A DNA stretch of 64,000 nucleotides, from positions 1,568,001 through 1,632,000 of the forward strand of contig OZ240211.1 of NCBI GenBank assembly GCA_965197525.1. The letters are read 5' to 3'. The position numbers were made by a program, and so were the translations under genes. How positions within the stretch are numbered: the stretch's first letter is position 1; each line of letters opens with the position of its first letter. Source of the stretch: Nitrosopumilus sp. GTDB taxonomy: Archaea > Thermoproteota > Nitrososphaeria > Nitrososphaerales > Nitrosopumilaceae. Positions 1 through 10,366 of the stretch are shown here, in pieces. A model generated the notes under the pieces. That model was not told the DNA's origin. It searched no databases and saw nothing but the letters and a program-made list of their open reading frames with translations.

Positions 1-492
1 GGTACACTCTATTTGTTCTGTTTCTTTGGAAACCCAGAGACTGATGTTGAGGGCAGTCCATGAAAATGAGCGTACTGTCAAGGCAGGATCAGACAGGATT
101 TTTTGTGTGTGTTGGTTTAACATGATGTTGATAGAATTTCTACTCTTGTATGGAATTGTCAACAGTACACCATTGTGTTTTACTCCATAACAGTTTGTGA
201 TAAATGGTTTTTTTACCGTTGGATACTTCACTTTGATGCCACGTTTCACGGATTGTTTTCTGTTAGCTAGTATACCTGCAGCCCTTGATATTGCATTGAG
301 TTTGCATGATGATAAAATATCATAGTTTCTCAACTCGTGATAACACAGCATAGACAATCGCTTCATGTTATGGGTATCTTCTTTTAACCCCATCTTGATA
401 CAGCAGTTAACCATCTCTGTGAATGTGACCATCATACCCATGAGGTCTGAATTCGGTGTATATTTTTGTGCTATTGACTTTATCGCCCTCAA
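1..492 (-). CDS. tnpB: TnpB / IS200-IS605 family RNA-guided endonuclease, 5' part (runs off the window edge)
   Basis: Not in the ORF track. Manual translation from TTG at 492 is open to base 1: MRAIKSIAQKYTPNSDLMGMMVTFTEMVNCCIKMGLKEDTHNMKRLSMLCYHELRNYDILSSCKLNAISRAAGILANRKQSVKRG..., which resembles thaumarchaeal TnpB N-termini. RuvC motifs lie outside the window. Confidence 0.7.
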   Translation of the reverse strand, partial: MRAIKSIAQKYTPNSDLMGMMVTFTEMVNCCIKMGLKEDTHNMKRLSMLCYHELRNYDILSSCKLNAISRAAGILANRKQSVKRGIKVKYPTVKKPFITNCYGVKHNGVLLTIPYKSRNSINIMLNQHTQKILSDPALTVRSFSWTALNISLWVSKETEQIECT

Positions 493-609
493 AGGCTATA
501 TTACGATTCAAGGATATTTAAGTGTAGATATACTGAGTTATTAGCACCCGAAGATTACACAGAACCAACTTTTGTAATACTAATAAGTAGATTTAGACAT
601 TACAGAGTA

Positions 610-1797
610 TTGCAAATTGGTTTACTTGGAAAAGCAAATGTTGGGAAATCAACGTTCTTCTCTGCTGCAACTGAAACTCAGGTAGCTACTGGAAACTTTC
701 CATTTACAACTATTCAACCAAATATTGGCGTGGCCTATGTAAAATCTGATTGTGCCTGTAAACATTTCCAAATTTCACATGATAATCCATTATGTATTGA
801 TGGTACTCGTCTTATTCCTGTAAAATTAATTGATATCGCAGGACTAGTTCCTGGTGCGCATGAGGGGAAAGGATTAGGGAATCAGTTCCTAGATGATGCA
901 CGACAAGCTGAGGTTTTAATTCATGTTGTTGATATCGCAGGAACTACTGATATTCAAGGACAATCCGTACCAATTGGGACTCATGATCCCATGGAGGATA
1001 TCGTATTTGTTGCCGACGAGTTTGATCAATGGTTTGCAGATATTCTCAAAAGAGAATGGGACAAGATCACTCGTGAAATCGATCAAAAGCGAGCAAAACT
1101 CACAGACGGCATTGCCAAACGATTCTCTGGGTTGGGAATTAAAGACTATCAAGTACATATAATCTTGCAAAGATTAGGGTTGATTGCTAGAAATCCCAAG
1201 GAATGGAAGGATTCAGATATTTACACATTTGTCAAAGAGCTTCGAAAAGATACAAAACCTATGATCATTGCTGCAAACAAGGCAGATCTATGTCCTGATC
1301 TTGATATTTTAGAAAAAATCTCAGATACTGTAATCCCTTGCAGTGCAGAAACTGAACTACTCTTACGAAAAGCCTCAAAGTCAGGTATTGTAAGTTATTC
1401 TTCAGGTGATGATAATTTTACAATTGCAAACGACAAACAGCTTTTACCTCCACAACAAAAAGCCCTCGAGTTGGTAAGTTCTGTTTTTTCTAAAATTAAA
1501 ACAACAGGAATTCAACAAATTCTAAACACTGCAGTTTTTAACTCTCTAAAATTTATTGTAGTCTATCCCGTAGAAGACGAAACTAAACTTACCAATAAGG
1601 ACGGTGTCATCTTGCCTGATACCAAATTGCTTCCGCAAGATTCCACTGCAAAAGATTTGGCAGCCTTGATTCATGCAGATATTGCAAAAGGATTCTTACA
1701 TGCAATTGATTGTAAAACTAAGCAAAGAATCAGCGGCGATCAGAAATTAAATGATGGGGACGTAATCAAAATTGTGTCCACACTTAGTAGGGGATAA
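610..1797 (+). CDS. ychF: Obg-family ATPase YchF
   Basis: G1 GKANVGKST, FPFTTIQPN, DIAG, NKAD, C-terminal TGS domain. Confidence 0.93.
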   Translation: MQIGLLGKANVGKSTFFSAATETQVATGNFPFTTIQPNIGVAYVKSDCACKHFQISHDNPLCIDGTRLIPVKLIDIAGLVPGAHEGKGLGNQFLDDARQAEVLIHVVDIAGTTDIQGQSVPIGTHDPMEDIVFVADEFDQWFADILKREWDKITREIDQKRAKLTDGIAKRFSGLGIKDYQVHIILQRLGLIARNPKEWKDSDIYTFVKELRKDTKPMIIAANKADLCPDLDILEKISDTVIPCSAETELLLRKASKSGIVSYSSGDDNFTIANDKQLLPPQQKALELVSSVFSKIKTTGIQQILNTAVFNSLKFIVVYPVEDETKLTNKDGVILPDTKLLPQDSTAKDLAALIHADIAKGFLHAIDCKTKQRISGDQKLNDGDVIKIVSTLSRG

Positions 1798-1798
1798 T

Positions 1799-2785
1799 AT
1801 GCTTGGATTAGGTATTGAAAGTACAGCTCATACTTTTTCTTGTGCTGTTATTGAAAAAAATAAAAACAAAGGAAAGATTCTATCGGATATCAGGAAAATT
1901 TATCGTCCAAAAGATGGCCAAGGCATTCATCCGCGAGAAGCATCCCGCCATCATATTGAGAACAGTTCTCTTGTTTTATCTGAATGTTTGCAGGAGGCAG
2001 GCATTACCGTTAAAGATTTGGATATTATCTCCTATGCTGCAGGACCTGGGTTAGGACCATGTTTACGTGTAGGTGCAGTAGTTGCAAGATCATTATCTTC
2101 ATTTTATAAAATTCCTATATATCCTGTAAACCACGCACTTGGTCATATTGAGTTAGGAAAATTGCTGACCGGGGCTACCAATCCACTGGTATTATTGGTA
2201 TCTGGAGGGCATACAATGCTGCTAGCATTTCTTAACTTTCAGTGGCGTGTATTTGGCGAAACACTTGATATCACATTGGGCCAGCTCCTTGATCAGTTTG
2301 GTCGTTCTCTTGGATTTGCTTCTCCTTGTGGACGAGATATAGAAGAGTTAGCATCTACATCATCCTCAAACTATATCTTGTTACCTTATTCTGTAAAAGG
2401 AAATGACGTATCTTTCTCCGGCTTGCTATCTGCAACAAAATCTGTTGCCAAAAAAAATAGGACCGATGCGTGTTATTCTCTTCAAGAGACTGCATTTGCA
2501 ATGATCAGCGAGACCGTTGAACGAGCATTGTCCTTTACACGCAAAAAAGAATTGATGATAGTAGGAGGTGTTGCTGCTAACAAGAGGCTGTCTACGATGC
2601 TTCAAGATGTTTGCAAACGCCATCGAGCCAAATTTTTTGTAGTTCCATTACAATATGCAGGCGATTGCGGTTCTCAAATATGTTGGACCGGGCTCTTGGA
2701 ATCAAAAATTAAAAGAGGTGCTATGTTAAAGGATACTTTTGTAAGACAATCTTGGAGATTGGATTCAGTTAGAGTAGATTATTAG
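1799..2785 (+). CDS. kae1: KEOPS tRNA t6A threonylcarbamoyltransferase Kae1
   Basis: LGIESTAHT, GPGLGPCL, HALGH, LLVSGGHT, GETLDI motifs; probable start is ATG 1799, just after the ychF stop. Confidence 0.95.
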   Translation: MLGLGIESTAHTFSCAVIEKNKNKGKILSDIRKIYRPKDGQGIHPREASRHHIENSSLVLSECLQEAGITVKDLDIISYAAGPGLGPCLRVGAVVARSLSSFYKIPIYPVNHALGHIELGKLLTGATNPLVLLVSGGHTMLLAFLNFQWRVFGETLDITLGQLLDQFGRSLGFASPCGRDIEELASTSSSNYILLPYSVKGNDVSFSGLLSATKSVAKKNRTDACYSLQETAFAMISETVERALSFTRKKELMIVGGVAANKRLSTMLQDVCKRHRAKFFVVPLQYAGDCGSQICWTGLLESKIKRGAMLKDTFVRQSWRLDSVRVDY

Positions 2786-3108
2786 TCTTTGAACTCTTTT
2801 ATCTGTATGTTGATGGTTTTTAGCCAACCGTTTGTATTAAAGACTCCGAATTTAAAAGATTCCTCCTCTCCCTTGCTGGTTGTGACAGTAAAACATACCT
2901 TTTTTATGAATAATCCTTCTTTCCAGGTCTTTGTAATGTCTTTCAACGATACATCAAGTATGGTATCACCAAAACGTTTTGAAAAATCCATTATTCTTGC
3001 ATTAGTTTTATCAAATGCTAATCTCTTATTTGTTAATGTTAAAATTCCTGCCCCTAGGTTATCCTCGCTACAATCCTCTTGCTTTATCTTCTTTTCTCCC
3101 TCGTCCAT
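2782..3108 (-). CDS. Small hypothetical protein, possibly PH/GRAM-like fold
   Basis: 108 aa; GILTLTNKRLAF resembles a PH-like beta-strand motif; convergent between kae1 and bud32. Confidence 0.6.
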   Translation of the reverse strand: MDEGEKKIKQEDCSEDNLGAGILTLTNKRLAFDKTNARIMDFSKRFGDTILDVSLKDITKTWKEGLFIKKVCFTVTTSKGEEESFKFGVFNTNGWLKTINIQIKEFKD

Positions 3109-3130
3109 GATTAACTTTTATTGAATTCTT

Positions 3131-3766
3131 TTGAATATAACGTTAATGAAACTATTAAAAAAAGGCGCAGAAGCTGACATTTATCGGACCATGTGGCAAA
3201 ATTCTGATGCTATTTTGAAGAGTAGAAAAATAAAAAACTATCGTAACACTCTACTTGATTTAAAGATACGAAGACAACGAACAGTGAAAGAGTCGCAAAT
3301 GCTCTCATTTGTCAAGTCATTTGGTGTTCCCACACCGATTGTTTATTTTGTAAACTTGGACACTGCCTCAATTACTATGCAAGAAATTTCTGGAACACCA
3401 GTACATGACTTGCCTGAATCGCAAATTATTCAATTATCAAAAAATATAGGACAATTAGTGGGCACACTTCACAAAAATGGTGTAATGCATGGAGACTTGA
3501 CAACTTCGAATTTCATTCTCTCTGAAGATACCATCTTTGTAATTGATTTTGGCTTATCTCAAAATTCAATAAAACCTGAGGATCATGCAGTTGATCTAAG
3601 ATTAATCAAGGAGATCCTTAATAGCGCTCATGCTAAAATTATGCAACCATCTTGGAAGAATTTTCTATGTGGATACAAACGCGCAGTCGGCAATGCATAT
3701 TACATCAAAATAATTAGACTAGTTTCAGAGATCGAAAGTCGTGGTAGGTATGCCAATGTCGTCTAA
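3131..3766 (+). CDS. bud32: KEOPS kinase Bud32
   Basis: KGAEA, HGDLTTSN, IDFGL, AVDL motifs. Confidence 0.93.
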   Translation: MNITLMKLLKKGAEADIYRTMWQNSDAILKSRKIKNYRNTLLDLKIRRQRTVKESQMLSFVKSFGVPTPIVYFVNLDTASITMQEISGTPVHDLPESQIIQLSKNIGQLVGTLHKNGVMHGDLTTSNFILSEDTIFVIDFGLSQNSIKPEDHAVDLRLIKEILNSAHAKIMQPSWKNFLCGYKRAVGNAYYIKIIRLVSEIESRGRYANVV

Positions 3767-4298
3767 ATTACTCTTTGTATCATCAAATAATCACAAATAT
3801 CATGAAACAAAAGAGATCATGAATTCATTTGGAGTCTCTCTTGATTTCTGTAAATTAAATTTGGAAGAGATACAATCAAACACTCTTTCTGATGTTGCAG
3901 CAAAAAAAGCTCAAGACGCATTTGCGCAATGCCGAAAACCGCTCATTATTGAAGATGCAGGTTTATTTGTTGATGCGCTAGCAGGTTTTCCAGGACCTTA
4001 TTCATCATATGTCTTTAAAACCATTGGAAATGATGGAATTCTAAGTCTTGTAAAAAATAATCGCAAGGCAAAGTTTGTATCAATTGTCACTTTTTGTAAT
4101 GGAACCATTTTACAGTCTTTTGTTGGTAAATTGGATGGAACCATCTCTCAATCTAAGCAAGGAGATGGCTGGGGATATGATCCAATATTTATTCCAAAAA
4201 ATCTTGAAAAAACCTTTGCAAAAATAGATAATAAAAATACCCTGTCTCATAGATACAAGGCGTTAAAAAAATTCGCTAACTGGTATGCGCATAATTAG
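3741..4298 (+). CDS. rdgB: Non-canonical purine NTP pyrophosphatase (RdgB/HAM1)
   Basis: SSNNHK, EIQ, EDAGL, FPGPYS, GWGYDPIF, SHR motifs; true start probably a few codons downstream. Confidence 0.92.
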   Translation: MVGMPMSSKLLFVSSNNHKYHETKEIMNSFGVSLDFCKLNLEEIQSNTLSDVAAKKAQDAFAQCRKPLIIEDAGLFVDALAGFPGPYSSYVFKTIGNDGILSLVKNNRKAKFVSIVTFCNGTILQSFVGKLDGTISQSKQGDGWGYDPIFIPKNLEKTFAKIDNKNTLSHRYKALKKFANWYAHN

Positions 4299-5307
4299 AA
4301 ATATAACGATCAATGAATCGTTGATTGTTTTGCAAAATTACGATTCTTGAAACGATACTTTCATCCATTACTGAAAATATTTTATTTTGTTTTACAATCT
4401 CTTCGCTGAAATTTTTTATCTCTTGCATTTCTAACATATTTGCACGATCTAACCTATTAGTCGAACGTCCAATATGCATATAAGATTTAATTTCGATAAA
4501 ATGTGGGTTTGCTTTTCTGAACATCTCTGCAAATGCTGGAATTGTTTCCTTTCGATCATTGTAACCTCTGATCAATGTAATTCGCAATACAGTTCTTGTA
4601 TTCAAATTTTTTAACATTCCAAGCGTTCTATTCCATCTCTCCCATGAATCTTTGTATCTAGGTTGATTTATTCGCCTAAATGATTCATAATCTGCTGCAT
4701 TCGTTGAAAGATACAACTGGGTTGGTAGCGCATCTTCGTCTTGCAATCTTTGAATCATATCCGGTTCTTGACCGTTTGTTACTAGAAAAACTGACTTTGT
4801 TGCTTTTAGTGTATTTAAATATTTGATAAGTTCTGGAAGTTTCGGATACATTGTTGGTTCGCCAGATAGTGAAATTGCATAATGACTTGGCAGTAATGAT
4901 TCATCTAGTCGTTGTTTGTCATTTCTAGAATCACCGTAAAATCCATTGATCAATTTTTTTCTTTCTGCCATCAATTTTGTTAAGATTTCCTCTGGTTCTG
5001 CGACTTGCTGATATTCCATCTTCATTGAATCATAAAATTCCATTGGCCTCCAACAGTATACGCACCTATTTTCACAATGCATTCCTGCAGGAGAGAATTC
5101 CATGCATCGGTGTGTTGAAATTCCATAAAACTTGTGCTTGTAGCAGTTACCTTCGTGCTTGTATGATTTTTTTGTCCAATGGCAAAGTCCTACTGTTGCA
5201 TGATCTGCCACACCATATTTTGCCTTTTTTAGCTGTGCAGTTATTGCCGGTTTTATTTGAATTAGCTGTTCTTCTCCATCATCAACTATTTCACCTGAGC
5301 AACTCAC
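4276..5307 (-). CDS. tyw1: 4-demethylwyosine synthase Tyw1/Taw1 (radical SAM)
   Basis: CHWTKK, CxxxCxxC (CENRCVYCWR), AISLSGEPT, HFIEIKSYM. Confidence 0.93.
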   Translation of the reverse strand: MSCSGEIVDDGEEQLIQIKPAITAQLKKAKYGVADHATVGLCHWTKKSYKHEGNCYKHKFYGISTHRCMEFSPAGMHCENRCVYCWRPMEFYDSMKMEYQQVAEPEEILTKLMAERKKLINGFYGDSRNDKQRLDESLLPSHYAISLSGEPTMYPKLPELIKYLNTLKATKSVFLVTNGQEPDMIQRLQDEDALPTQLYLSTNAADYESFRRINQPRYKDSWERWNRTLGMLKNLNTRTVLRITLIRGYNDRKETIPAFAEMFRKANPHFIEIKSYMHIGRSTNRLDRANMLEMQEIKNFSEEIVKQNKIFSVMDESIVSRIVILQNNQRFIDRYISNYAHTS

Positions 5308-5446
5308 AGTTACTGATATTGTTTTACTTTACTTAAATTAATCGGGGTTTTTATAAAACTTGAAAAATTCTTCTGACAAATATTGTTAATTTGTGTTAAT
5401 ATTACAGTGAGGTTTAATAACTGGTTTTTCAAGATAGATTTAAGCA

Positions 5447-7882
5447 TTGAAAAAAATACAATCACTGGCATTTCTACTGTTACTTGTAACTACACTAACT
5501 AGTATGCCAATTAATCCTCCTGCATTTGCAGTAGATGACTTGGACGGTGATGGTGTTGATGATACTATGGATTTATGTCCTAATTTACAAGAAGATTATG
5601 AAGGTGTAACAGATGGTTGCCCCTCTTCATTTGTTCCATGGTATGATGAAGATTTTGATGGTATAGAAGATCATATTGATCAATGTCCAAGTCTTAGAGA
5701 ACATTATAATCAATTCCAAGATGATGATGGTTGTCCTGATACTCTTCCTGGAACTGGTTCCGGGGGCGCACCTGATTCTGATAATGATGGATTTATTGAT
5801 TTAGTTGATTTATGTCCAAATCAACCTGAAATACTTAATGGTGTTTTAGATAGAGATGGTTGTCCTGATTCGTATGATGCAGGCGACCGTGATTCTGATG
5901 GTATATCTGATTCTATAGATCAATGTCCACTAAGCTCTGAAACCTATAACCGGTTCCAAGATGATGATGGTTGTCCTGATACTGTAACTGATTCTGCTTT
6001 TGTTGATTCTGACAATGATGGCATTCAAGATCAAGTTGATTTTTGTATATCTGAGCCTGAAGTGTATAATGGCTACAGAGATTTTGACGGCTGTCCTGAT
6101 GTTTCATTAGATATTTCATTTACTGACGGTGACGGTGACGGTATAGCAGATCAATTTGATATCTGTCCTGTACACCCTGAAACTTTCAATCGATTTGCTG
6201 ACTATGACGGCTGTCCTGATACTCTTCCATTATTTACTAATGCGTTAAATGATATAGATGGAGATAGAGTGGCAGACATTGATGATGCATGTCCGTTAGA
6301 CCCTGAAAGATACAACGGTTTTGAAGATCATGACGGCTGTCCTGACGTTCCTGATTATGTACGAGATAATGATTCTGATTTTGATGCTATTCCTGACAGT
6401 CTTGATGAATGTCCACAGGTTGCAGAAACTTATAATCAATTCCAAGACGAGGACGGCTGTCCTGACTTTGTAGCATCACACACATCAGTACCTGACTCTG
6501 ACGGCGATGGATTTAATGACTATACAGATTTGTGTCCAAACCAACCAGAAACATTCAACAACATATCTGATAGAGACGGCTGTCCTGATAACAGTCCTAC
6601 AGTTGATAGAGACGGGGATGGAATTTCTGATAACATAGATGGATGTCCAATTGTACAAGAAACTTATAACAATATTAAAGATCATGACGGCTGTCCTGAC
6701 GACGGTTCTGAATTCTTTGGATCTGATTACGATAACGACGGTCTTCTTGATTTAAATGATCGATGTCCTCTAGTATCTGAGACTATCAATGGATATCAAG
6801 ATCAAGACGGCTGTCCTGACGTCTCAGTATCTGACGCTGATAATGATGGCGTACCTGACACAATAGATCAATGTCCTTTGACTAACGAAACTTGGAATCA
6901 CTATCAAGATAACGACGGCTGTCCTGACGTATCAGTATTGGATACTGACTTTGATGGATTAATTGATTCTGTAGACCAATGTATCTTTGACCGTGAAACC
7001 TTTAACGGCTTCGAAGACGAGGACGGCTGTCCTGACTATCCTGTATTTATTGCCACAGTTGATTCTGACTTTGACGGAATTATAGATGAGCTGGATCAAT
7101 GTCCGCGAATTCCTGAAACTTATAACAAGATGCAAGACGAGGACGGCTGTCCTGACTCTGTAATAGTTACTAGTGGCGTTCCTGACTCTGACGGTGATGG
7201 AATTAATGACTATAACGATCACTGTCCAAATCAAGCCGAGACGCGCAATGGAATTCTAGATTTTGACGGCTGCCCTGACAATTACATATCATCTGATGAT
7301 AGAGACTATGATGGATTACCTGATGCCATTGATGCCTGCCCAATCGCTAAAGAGACCTATAATAGATTCCAAGACGATGACGGCTGCCCAGACTTTGTAC
7401 TCGAATCAATTGTAGCGGATTCAGATAATGACGGAATACGTGATGTTATTGATGACTGTCCTCTTGAGAGTGAAATATTCAATGGTTTCCAAGACGAGGA
7501 TGGATGTCCTGATGTTATTGATTTACCACCCGATGCTGATGGCGATGGTGTTCCGGATGTAATGGACTTGTGTCCAGAACAAAGTGAGGTTTGGAATAGA
7601 TACGTTGACCATGATGGTTGTCCTGATATTATACCAATAGGAGATATCATAGTTGACAGTGATAATGATGGTATAACTGATGATGTTGATTTATGTCCAA
7701 ACGATAGAGAGTCATGGAATAAATACAACGATGCAGACGGCTGCCCTGACATCTCTCCTGAGCAGTCAAGATACAGACATGATGCTGATTTGGATGGTAT
7801 TATCAACGAAAGTGACGTATGTCCTCTAGAACCTGAAGATTATGACGGCAATCAAGACGAGGATGGTTGCCCTGACCCATAG
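5447..7882 (+). CDS. Secreted thrombospondin type-3 repeat protein (about 20 Ca-binding repeats)
   Basis: Signal peptide, then DxDxDGxxDxxDxCP...ExxNxxxDxDGCPD repeats. Confidence 0.9.
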   Translation: MKKIQSLAFLLLLVTTLTSMPINPPAFAVDDLDGDGVDDTMDLCPNLQEDYEGVTDGCPSSFVPWYDEDFDGIEDHIDQCPSLREHYNQFQDDDGCPDTLPGTGSGGAPDSDNDGFIDLVDLCPNQPEILNGVLDRDGCPDSYDAGDRDSDGISDSIDQCPLSSETYNRFQDDDGCPDTVTDSAFVDSDNDGIQDQVDFCISEPEVYNGYRDFDGCPDVSLDISFTDGDGDGIADQFDICPVHPETFNRFADYDGCPDTLPLFTNALNDIDGDRVADIDDACPLDPERYNGFEDHDGCPDVPDYVRDNDSDFDAIPDSLDECPQVAETYNQFQDEDGCPDFVASHTSVPDSDGDGFNDYTDLCPNQPETFNNISDRDGCPDNSPTVDRDGDGISDNIDGCPIVQETYNNIKDHDGCPDDGSEFFGSDYDNDGLLDLNDRCPLVSETINGYQDQDGCPDVSVSDADNDGVPDTIDQCPLTNETWNHYQDNDGCPDVSVLDTDFDGLIDSVDQCIFDRETFNGFEDEDGCPDYPVFIATVDSDFDGIIDELDQCPRIPETYNKMQDEDGCPDSVIVTSGVPDSDGDGINDYNDHCPNQAETRNGILDFDGCPDNYISSDDRDYDGLPDAIDACPIAKETYNRFQDDDGCPDFVLESIVADSDNDGIRDVIDDCPLESEIFNGFQDEDGCPDVIDLPPDADGDGVPDVMDLCPEQSEVWNRYVDHDGCPDIIPIGDIIVDSDNDGITDDVDLCPNDRESWNKYNDADGCPDISPEQSRYRHDADLDGIINESDVCPLEPEDYDGNQDEDGCPDP

Positions 7883-7891
7883 GAGCTGTCT

Positions 7892-10078
7892 TTGATAATG
7901 AAGGGTAGATATCTGCTAGGATTCTTACTTTTACTTACATCAACTATCGGTATGATGCCTGGTACTGTATTTGCTAATGATGCACTTGACTCTGACGGTG
8001 ATGGGATACCCAATAACTCAGATCAATGCCCACATCTTGTAGAGGATTATGATCCACAATATGGCGATATTGAGGACGGTTGTCCTGCAGATTTTATTCC
8101 TTGGTATGATGCTGATTTTGACGGAGTTCAAGATCATCTTGACGCCTGTCCAACTGTAAAAGAAACTCACAACCAATTCCAAGATGATGACGGCTGCCCT
8201 GATGTCTCTCCTTATACTACAGCATCCATTCCTGACACTGATGCAGACGGCTATTCTGACTATGTGGATTTATGTCCAACTCAACCTGAAACATTCAACG
8301 AATTCCAAGATGGAGACGGCTGCCCTGACAGATACTCTTTTACTCTAGATTTTGACAGTGACGGCATTCTTGATATCTTAGATACATGCCCACTAGAACC
8401 TGAAATATACAACCAACTCCAAGATGAAGACGGCTGTCCTGATACCATAGCCTCTCCTGATATACAATATCAATTTCCAGATAGTGACGGCGATGGTGTT
8501 GATGATAGATGGGACCAGTGTATTGGTGAGCTAGAAAATTATAATGGTTATTTGGACACAGACGGCTGCCCTGATGTGCCTGTTGTTTTGTCATCTCCTC
8601 CACCTGACGCTGATTATGACGGAATCTTAGACGATGTTGATGCCTGCCCACTCGAACGTGAAAACTATAATGATCTTCAAGACGAAGACGGCTGTCCTGA
8701 CGTACTAGTCTTTACAGTGGATAGAGATACTGATAAGGATGGTGTTTTAGATAAGAATGACTCTTGTCCTTTTAATCCTGAAACTTATAACGCATATCTT
8801 GACGAAGACGGCTGTCCTGACAATCTTATAACTAATCCACTTATCCCTGATTCTGACGGCGATGGATTTGCAGATTATGAAGATTTGTGCCCAATTCAAC
8901 CTGAGACATTCAACGGATTCCAAGACGAGGATGGATGTGCTGACAGCCATACCTCTACTGTGGACTCTGACTTTGATGGAGTTATAGATGCTTTAGATCA
9001 ATGTCCACAAGAACCTGAAATATACAACCAATTCCAAGACACAGACGGCTGTCCTGATGTTGTAGACGCTATTACTGGTACAACGTATCAGTTCCCAGAT
9101 GATGACGGCGATGGCATAGATGATAGGTGGGACCAGTGTCTGGGCGAGGCTGAAAATTATAATGATTATTTAGATCATGATGGCTGTATTGATATTTTAG
9201 GTACAGCATCCTCTCCTCCACTTGATTTAGATGGTGACTACATCCTAGATGATGTGGATCAATGCCCAAAATTGGCTGAGAGATACAACGGATTCCAAGA
9301 CGAGGATGGATGCCCTGATAACATTGACTACGCAATAGCAGTTATTGACACTGATTCTGATGGCATCTTCGACGATGTAGATCTCTGTCCTCTCATTAAG
9401 GAGATTTATAACCTATATGAGGATGCGGATGGATGCCCTGATCGTTTAGCAAGTGATAGACCTGTATACGATTCTGACGGCGATGGATTTGCAGATTATG
9501 CAGACTTGTGTCCAACACAACCTGAGACATTCAACGGATTCCAAGACGAGGATGGATGTGCTGACAGCCATACCTCTACTGTGGACTCTGACTTTGATGG
9601 AGTTATAGATGCTTTAGATCAATGTCCGCAAGAACCTGAAGTTTATAATCAATTCCAAGACACAGACGGCTGTCCTGATGCTGTAGATGCTACTCCTATT
9701 ACAACGTATCAGTTCCCAGATGGTGACGGTGATGGCATAGATGATAGGTGGGACCAGTGTTTGGGCGAGGCTGAAAATTATAATGGTTATTTAGATCATG
9801 ATGGCTGTATAGATATACCAGGATCATCTGCAAATGCTCCAGTTCCTATTGACTCTGATGGTGATGGATATCTTGACAGAAATGACTTATGCCCAACAAG
9901 TGCAGAAGTTTGGAACAAGTATCTTGATTGGGATGGCTGTCCTGATATAGCTCCTGAACAACAGAGATTTGTTCACGATTATGACTTGGATAGTATAATA
10001 AATCAAGACGATCTCTGTCCACTTGATCCTGAAGATTATGACGGCGACAATGATCTAGACGGCTGTCCTGATCCTTAG
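7892..10078 (+). CDS. Secreted thrombospondin type-3 repeat protein (about 17 repeats)
   Basis: Same repeat and signal peptide; contains an internal ~341-bp duplication. Confidence 0.9.
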   Translation: MIMKGRYLLGFLLLLTSTIGMMPGTVFANDALDSDGDGIPNNSDQCPHLVEDYDPQYGDIEDGCPADFIPWYDADFDGVQDHLDACPTVKETHNQFQDDDGCPDVSPYTTASIPDTDADGYSDYVDLCPTQPETFNEFQDGDGCPDRYSFTLDFDSDGILDILDTCPLEPEIYNQLQDEDGCPDTIASPDIQYQFPDSDGDGVDDRWDQCIGELENYNGYLDTDGCPDVPVVLSSPPPDADYDGILDDVDACPLERENYNDLQDEDGCPDVLVFTVDRDTDKDGVLDKNDSCPFNPETYNAYLDEDGCPDNLITNPLIPDSDGDGFADYEDLCPIQPETFNGFQDEDGCADSHTSTVDSDFDGVIDALDQCPQEPEIYNQFQDTDGCPDVVDAITGTTYQFPDDDGDGIDDRWDQCLGEAENYNDYLDHDGCIDILGTASSPPLDLDGDYILDDVDQCPKLAERYNGFQDEDGCPDNIDYAIAVIDTDSDGIFDDVDLCPLIKEIYNLYEDADGCPDRLASDRPVYDSDGDGFADYADLCPTQPETFNGFQDEDGCADSHTSTVDSDFDGVIDALDQCPQEPEVYNQFQDTDGCPDAVDATPITTYQFPDGDGDGIDDRWDQCLGEAENYNGYLDHDGCIDIPGSSANAPVPIDSDGDGYLDRNDLCPTSAEVWNKYLDWDGCPDIAPEQQRFVHDYDLDSIINQDDLCPLDPEDYDGDNDLDGCPDP
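8849..9810 (+). repeat. Near-identical intragenic direct repeat, 8849-9189 vs 9470-9810 (offset 621 bp = 207 aa)
   Basis: Long identical runs, e.g. cctgagacattcaacggattccaagacgaggatggatgtgctgacagccatacctctactgtggactctgactttgatggagttatagatgctttagatcaatgtcc in both copies. Confidence 0.9.
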
Positions 10079-10366
10079 TCTCTCACTTATTCTAGTGAAT
10101 ATACACGTCATAATTTATGAATACCAAGTAGTTTATCCATCATTAATATTATCGCACCCTGTTTCCATTCAACACCCTATTGATCTATTCTCCGAGCGAT
10201 TCGATCTTGTAATTTAAGAGAAGTTTTTTTTGTGCAAGATAATATATGTCGTAATTCTTGATATACAACGATTTATTCATAAATGAGGGGGTTCTTTGCC
10301 TATTTTTTTAAAAATTTTCCTATCGTGAGACTTAATAATTACATAATACAATCAACTTTAGAAACT

